Source of the DNA: an uncultured virus (IMG/VR IMGVR_UViG_3300021255_000105)
Taxonomy: Duplodnaviria; Heunggongvirae; Uroviricota; Caudoviricetes
Length of the DNA: 20,000 nucleotides
IMG/VR virus record: IMGVR_UViG_3300021255_000105
Strand: one strand, 5' to 3'
In this document: piece after piece, positions 16,080 through 20,000 of the stretch
Position numbering within the stretch: position 1 is the first letter of the stretch
Layout: each line of letters begins with the position of its first letter
Made by a program: the position numbers and the translations under genes
The notes under the pieces: model-generated
What the model was told of the DNA's origin: nothing
What the model saw: only the letters and a program-made list of their open reading frames with translations
Database searches by the model: none

Positions 16080-16309
16080 ACGTTCTCAAAGTAAATATCC
16101 TGCCATTTTGTATCAACCGGGAGATTAAAGAGCCGCTTGATTTGTTCAAAGTCTGCCGGATTATCCAGAAACATTTGCACCGGCTCTTTCTTGGCGTAAC
16201 GTAACATTCATAGATACTGGCCGAGCTTTGCCTCGGTCTTTACAACCGCAGTTTCGGCAAAATGCGCAGCCCCGGAGATAGTCTTGTAGTAGTGGATTTG
16301 TTCTGCCAT
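16076..16309 (-). pseudogene. Short ORF interrupted by an in-frame TGA at 16208-16210, or two abutting mini-ORFs
   Basis: One frame reads MAEQIHYY...KLGQYL*MLRYAKKEPV...YFENV*, filling the gap between dnaB and the next gene exactly. Confidence 0.4.
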
Positions 16310-16311
16310 AG

Positions 16312-17712
16312 TTAGAATGGTAAATCATTATCTTCTCGCGGCGGCTCGGTATATGCCGGGGGTGGCGAGTATCTTGCTTCTTCCGACGGCTTGACAAGCT
16401 CCGTGAAAACCGTGTATGATTCGTTTGGCTGGAGCTTTATCAGTACGTCTTTTTTGTATTGGCGATTTTTCCGCACCCACATATCGATTACGGGCCTCTC
16501 AATGGTTTGCTGGTCTTGGTTGATTGACAACTGCTTTTTTTGTTCAAGCATTAAGACAATATCAGCGTCCTGCTCAATACTCCCCGAATCGCGGAGGTCG
16601 TATAATTCCGGCGGCCTGTCATCTTTTACGCTACCCCTATTGAGCTGGCACAGTAAGACAATGGGAATTTTCAGTTTAAGGGCCGCTAATTTCAATTCTC
16701 GCGTGATTCTGGCGATAATTTGATATAGCGGTTCCCTGCCCGTTCCGTCCTCGCTTATAAGGCTCAAATAGTCAATAAAGCCTATTTTGCATCGTCCTTG
16801 ATAAACGGCTATTGTCATTCTTGAAATAATCGAATCAATCGTGCGGCTTTCGTCGTTTATGTAAAGCGGCAAACTGGAAAGGGCGCTTGCGCTTTGCTGG
16901 AAACTTGAATTATCAACCTCGCCCCTTGCTATCGCGGCCTGCGTAATGCGACCCTCTGCAAAAAGTAATCTTTGGCAAAGTTCATCGCGGGTCATTTCCA
17001 GCGAGAACACCACTGCCGGGAAACCATTTTTTGCCGCCGTCCTCGCCATTTGGAGCATGATTGCCGTCTTACCAACAGACGGGCGGGCGGCGAGTACAAT
17101 AAGCTGCCCTCCCCGCCAGCCTTGATAGGTCAAGCCGTCAAGCGAGGCGATGCTTGTGGGTATTCGCAATAGTTTTCCCTCTTTTTTCAGTTCGCGGGTT
17201 TGCTCAATCGTTTCTCCAACCTCCTTGACAACCGCAGACAACGAGCGCTCCGTGACTATTGGATTTGCGCCCTGAATCTTGTTTGCGAGTGCCTGTGCCG
17301 CGTCATACATAGAAACCTCTGTCGCATTTGGATTTACAGCCGCTTGGAGCATTTCCGCTGCGGCAAAATACGCCCGCCGTTTAATGGCGGTTGCCCGGAG
17401 CTGCAGGGCATGTTCGTAGGCCGTGCTTGGGGTGGACGGATTGTAATTGTGAGCCATTATTTCGTTAAGGAAATAATTGCCCGTCTTTGCCGAGTAACTC
17501 GCGAGGTCTATCGTTTCCCCATGATTGAACATATAAACGAGCGAGTCCCAAAGGTATTTCCTTACGTCGCTTGTGAACATGTCCGGGGTGATAACGGCCA
17601 TGAAATCAGCCATGCACCCCGAATTATCCACAGCATCCGCAATAACCTGCCTTTCAATCAAAGTGGTATCTGGAAGCGGAATGTCCGCTAATGAAAATTC
17701 TTGCTTTTTCAT
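16312..17712 (-). CDS. dnaB: Replicative DNA helicase (phage DnaB-like)
   Basis: Walker A AARPSVGKT, FSLEM, FIDYL, QLNR and LRDSGSIEQDADIV motifs. Confidence 0.95.
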   Translation of the reverse strand: MKKQEFSLADIPLPDTTLIERQVIADAVDNSGCMADFMAVITPDMFTSDVRKYLWDSLVYMFNHGETIDLASYSAKTGNYFLNEIMAHNYNPSTPSTAYEHALQLRATAIKRRAYFAAAEMLQAAVNPNATEVSMYDAAQALANKIQGANPIVTERSLSAVVKEVGETIEQTRELKKEGKLLRIPTSIASLDGLTYQGWRGGQLIVLAARPSVGKTAIMLQMARTAAKNGFPAVVFSLEMTRDELCQRLLFAEGRITQAAIARGEVDNSSFQQSASALSSLPLYINDESRTIDSIISRMTIAVYQGRCKIGFIDYLSLISEDGTGREPLYQIIARITRELKLAALKLKIPIVLLCQLNRGSVKDDRPPELYDLRDSGSIEQDADIVLMLEQKKQLSINQDQQTIERPVIDMWVRKNRQYKKDVLIKLQPNESYTVFTELVKPSEEARYSPPPAYTEPPREDNDLPF

Positions 17713-18419
17713 GGTTGTCGCTGAATAACCCCCTCGTGTTCAAGAAAACTACGTGCAAGGAACTGGTTTTCGTCATACCCCTGTTGAGCCGGAGGGGCTT
17801 GTTGCCTCGTCCTCCCCCACTCGTTAGTGGCCCATTCAAACTTAAACCCAATCCACGACTTTTCCGTAGCAAGGAGAATACAATCATTGGCTGTGTACCC
17901 GGCCTCGATTGCCTTCTTTATCTCTCTCTCAATGGCCTTAAAGGCCGTTTCTGTGTTTACGCCTTTCTTTGACTTCCTTACTTTGAGCCAATCATCGGCG
18001 ATATTCGGCTCTACGCCGAGGTCAATAAGGGCGGCCCGGAATTGAAACGCCGCTGGGGGCGGGGTTGTTTTGGGGTTGTTTGCGGGTTGTTTCTGGGCTG
18101 TTTCGTCTTGCTGTGTAACTTGGTACTCCTCGTATTTGCAAATCGTCACCAGTGTATATTTGTTAGACGATTGCACGGTGATTTGGCCGCTTGCGGCCAG
18201 CCTTTTTAGGCACAATCTAATTTGCGAAACCGATAAGCCGGTTTCCGCTGCAAGTGCTGATAGCGACGCAACAAAGGACCCGCGCGGAACGGGAATACCC
18301 CGCCATTCCGCATCCTCCCAATTCGCACGCAGGAGCAAATGCACCCACAGGGCGAGCATCGACGGCTCGCCATACCACTCCCACTCCCGGAGTTTCCGAA
18401 ATAGCTTGATATATCCCAT
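17709..18419 (-). CDS. Phage replication initiator / replisome organiser
   Basis: N-terminal GYIKLFRKL..WEW, HTH-like SLSALAAETGLSVSQIRLCLKRL, a linker with periodic repeats, and W.GFK.EW near the C-terminus. Directly upstream of dnaB with an ATGA overlap. Confidence 0.8.
   Translation of the reverse strand: MGYIKLFRKLREWEWYGEPSMLALWVHLLLRANWEDAEWRGIPVPRGSFVASLSALAAETGLSVSQIRLCLKRLAASGQITVQSSNKYTLVTICKYEEYQVTQQDETAQKQPANNPKTTPPPAAFQFRAALIDLGVEPNIADDWLKVRKSKKGVNTETAFKAIEREIKKAIEAGYTANDCILLATEKSWIGFKFEWATNEWGRTRQQAPPAQQGYDENQFLARSFLEHEGVIQRQP
18062..18103. repeat. Four iteron-like repeats GGG(T/C)TGTTT with 11-bp period (putative phage origin)
   Basis: Copies start at 18062, 18073, 18084 and 18095, inside the initiator gene linker. 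Confidence 0.65.
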
Positions 18420-18421
18420 GA

Positions 18422-19291
18422 TTAGAATAGTTTTCGCTGAACATAAGGCAGCACTTTTTCGGTTGCGCCCTTAAAGAATGTCTTGTCAATCTCGAATCCG
18501 TAAGCCTTACGTTTGAGGTTTGCCGCCGCGAGTAGCGTCGTTCCAGAGCCCCCGCAGGGGTCAATCACCACGTCGCCTTCATCTGTAAAGATTTCGATTA
18601 GGCGCTCCAAAAGCGGCACGGGTTTTTGCGTGCTGTGGAGCTTTGGTGTATCGTTGTCTATAATCCAGTCAAAGCAGTTAAAGACCATGCGCCCGTCGTT
18701 GTTAAACTTGGGTAGTCGGTTGCGGTAAAGCACCACAGCATACTCGCAATTCCCGACAATACGCATATTCGCTTTCAGGACTTGGGCGCTGAAATTCTTA
18801 CGGAAAACGAGATTGATATAGTGGTTAAAGCCAAATTCTTTGGCTGTTTCGATAAGCTGGAATTGTTGCTCAAATGAGCAAAAGATTACCATGCAAGGGG
18901 CGCCTCCAGACTTCTTCCCGGTCTTTCCTATGTCCTTGCCGTTGGAGTTATCCTTTGGCTCCGGCTTTAACATTTGGCTGGCGAAGTGGAGAAACTCTTT
19001 TACCTTGAACGAGTAATCCGAATAGAAAAAGGCTTTGCCCGCCTTGTCGGACTCCCCGTTTCCGTTGTCGCCGCCGTTGTACCAAACGGGGTTACTCCCA
19101 TAGGCGTCGGCTCCTATACCGTAAGGAATGTCGGAGAGTATGAGCTGGGCCTTTGGTATGTTTGGGTGCGTCTTGAAGTTCTGGTAGGAATCGTTGCAAT
19201 ACATGATACCCGCCTCCTTGTTGATATAGTCCGGCGCGGGTTTCAGTCTTGCTTTCTTTTCCTCCAGCTCTTTTCTTCTTTCTTCTGTCAT
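18422..19291 (-). CDS. Site-specific DNA methyltransferase (N6-adenine/N4-cytosine, beta-class order)
   Basis: Catalytic motif variant SDIPY near the N-terminus, H.TQKPV.L, and SAM-binding VIDPCGGSGTT...GFEID near the C-terminus. Confidence 0.9.
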   Translation of the reverse strand: MTEERRKELEEKKARLKPAPDYINKEAGIMYCNDSYQNFKTHPNIPKAQLILSDIPYGIGADAYGSNPVWYNGGDNGNGESDKAGKAFFYSDYSFKVKEFLHFASQMLKPEPKDNSNGKDIGKTGKKSGGAPCMVIFCSFEQQFQLIETAKEFGFNHYINLVFRKNFSAQVLKANMRIVGNCEYAVVLYRNRLPKFNNDGRMVFNCFDWIIDNDTPKLHSTQKPVPLLERLIEIFTDEGDVVIDPCGGSGTTLLAAANLKRKAYGFEIDKTFFKGATEKVLPYVQRKLF

Positions 19292-19467
19292 AACTCAAAG
19301 ATTTCTAATTGTTGTGGTTGCCGCCGCTTTTCGTCGCGCCGGTACTGGTCGTATCTTGCGCAATAACCGCCTTTGTATGAGCAGTGCGCTTTTTCGAGAT
19401 TGATATACTGACAGCCAGCGCAGGACTCCTGCCCGTACTTGGCGAGCCATTCTTTTAGCGTCAGCAT
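19288..19467 (-). CDS. Small Cys-rich protein, 59 aa (MLTLKEWLAKYGQESCAGC...)
   Basis: Translated by hand; CxxC...C...C pattern; overlaps both neighbours. Confidence 0.55.
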   Translation of the reverse strand: MLTLKEWLAKYGQESCAGCQYINLEKAHCSYKGGYCARYDQYRRDEKRRQPQQLEIFEL

Positions 19468-19616
19468 GATTTAAGGCTTGTTTCTTGGGCGTAGATTAAC
19501 TTTCCGTTTGGTAAACGAACACGAATACCTCTCGCGGTAAATTCTTCAATTACGCCCGTTTTAGGGCCGCTTACGGTTTCCCACCTTACGCGGTCGCCAA
19601 CTTTAAACTCTCCCAT
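19461..19616 (-). CDS. Small SH3/KOW-like protein, 51 aa (MGEFKVGDRVRW...)
   Basis: FKVGDRV...G.I motif; ATG 1 nt after the upstream stop. Confidence 0.6.
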   Translation of the reverse strand: MGEFKVGDRVRWETVSGPKTGVIEEFTARGIRVRLPNGKLIYAQETSLKSC

Positions 19617-19617
19617 G

Positions 19618-20000
19618 TCAAAATAGCGTTGGTTTGAAGTAGTCTTGACCTTTCGCCACAAAGAGCCGTTCGGTGGACTCCGTGGGCCTGTCTGCGTTTA
19701 GCGTTGAATTGATTTTTGTTTCCCAAATACACTCAAACCTATCCTCCGGCATTTCGTATTCGGAGATATAGACCGGCACGGTTTGTTTCTCAATCCACGC
19801 ATAGAGCGCATCGGAGTCAAAGTCGGATATTTTCTTTTTCCCGTATCCGTTTGTCCCGGCGTATGGCGGGTCCAGATAAATGATAGAATCGGGCTCTATC
19901 GCAACTTCGTTGTAGGATTTCTGCGATATTTGCAGCCGGGCGACTCTTTCAAGATTTTGCAGCCGGGCGACTCTTTCAAGATTTTGCAGCCGGGCGACTC
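19618..20000 (-). CDS. DNA adenine methyltransferase (Dam/D12-like), C-terminal part, truncated by the window edge
   Basis: Not in the ORF track. Hand translation gives ...RLQISQKSYNEVAIEPDSIIYLDPPYAGTNGY...FD...LYAW...VYISEY...ERLF, including the DPPY catalytic motif. Confidence 0.85.
   Translation of the reverse strand, partial: VARLQNLERVARLQNLERVARLQISQKSYNEVAIEPDSIIYLDPPYAGTNGYGKKKISDFDSDALYAWIEKQTVPVYISEYEMPEDRFECIWETKINSTLNADRPTESTERLFVAKGQDYFKPTLF
19929..20000. repeat. Perfect 27-bp tandem repeat, at least 2.7 copies, encoding RVARLQNLE
   Basis: Unit TTTGCAGCCGGGCGACTCTTTCAAGAT starts at 19929, 19956 and 19983 and runs off the window. Confidence 0.9.

Noticed and set aside
14076..16309. 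Genome-wide TGA stop-codon reassignment
   Set aside because: Many clear genes (RT, replication initiator, the Dam-like MTase) end in TGA, often with ATGA overlaps. Trp is encoded by TGG where checked, and no suppressor tRNA is present in the window.
19929..20000. Possible CRISPR array
   Set aside because: The 27-bp units are directly adjacent with no spacers and lie in frame within a methyltransferase gene.

Overview
The window is part of a tailed phage or prophage, most likely of a Bacteroidota host (a consensus Bacteroidota TTTG-N20-TAnnTTTG promoter, plus protein motifs I associate with Bacteroidales phages). On the + strand (1-9528) lies the end of the late operon: a long repeat-rich tail protein, a complete diversity-generating retroelement (DGR), and a lysis cassette. 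The DGR consists of a target gene with VR1, a MutS-C-like accessory ORF, avd, the template repeat (TR) and a reverse transcriptase. On the - strand (9630-20000) lies a convergent early/replication operon: two DNA methyltransferases, a replication initiator with 11-bp-periodic iteron-like repeats, DnaB, a GNAT, a MazG-like enzyme and many small ORFs. An antisense tRNA-Lys(UUU)/tRNA-fMet cassette with its own promoter interrupts this operon. Main result: the single TR has a second target about 9 kb away on the opposite strand, a 173-aa protein with no evident signal peptide inside the early operon. Its VR2 differs from the TR only at adenines (16 of 16 mismatches), uses only the 3' 103 nt of the TR, and is followed by a diverged copy of the IMH/hairpin element found after VR1. 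All alignments and counts were done by eye; family assignments come from recalled motifs, not database searches.
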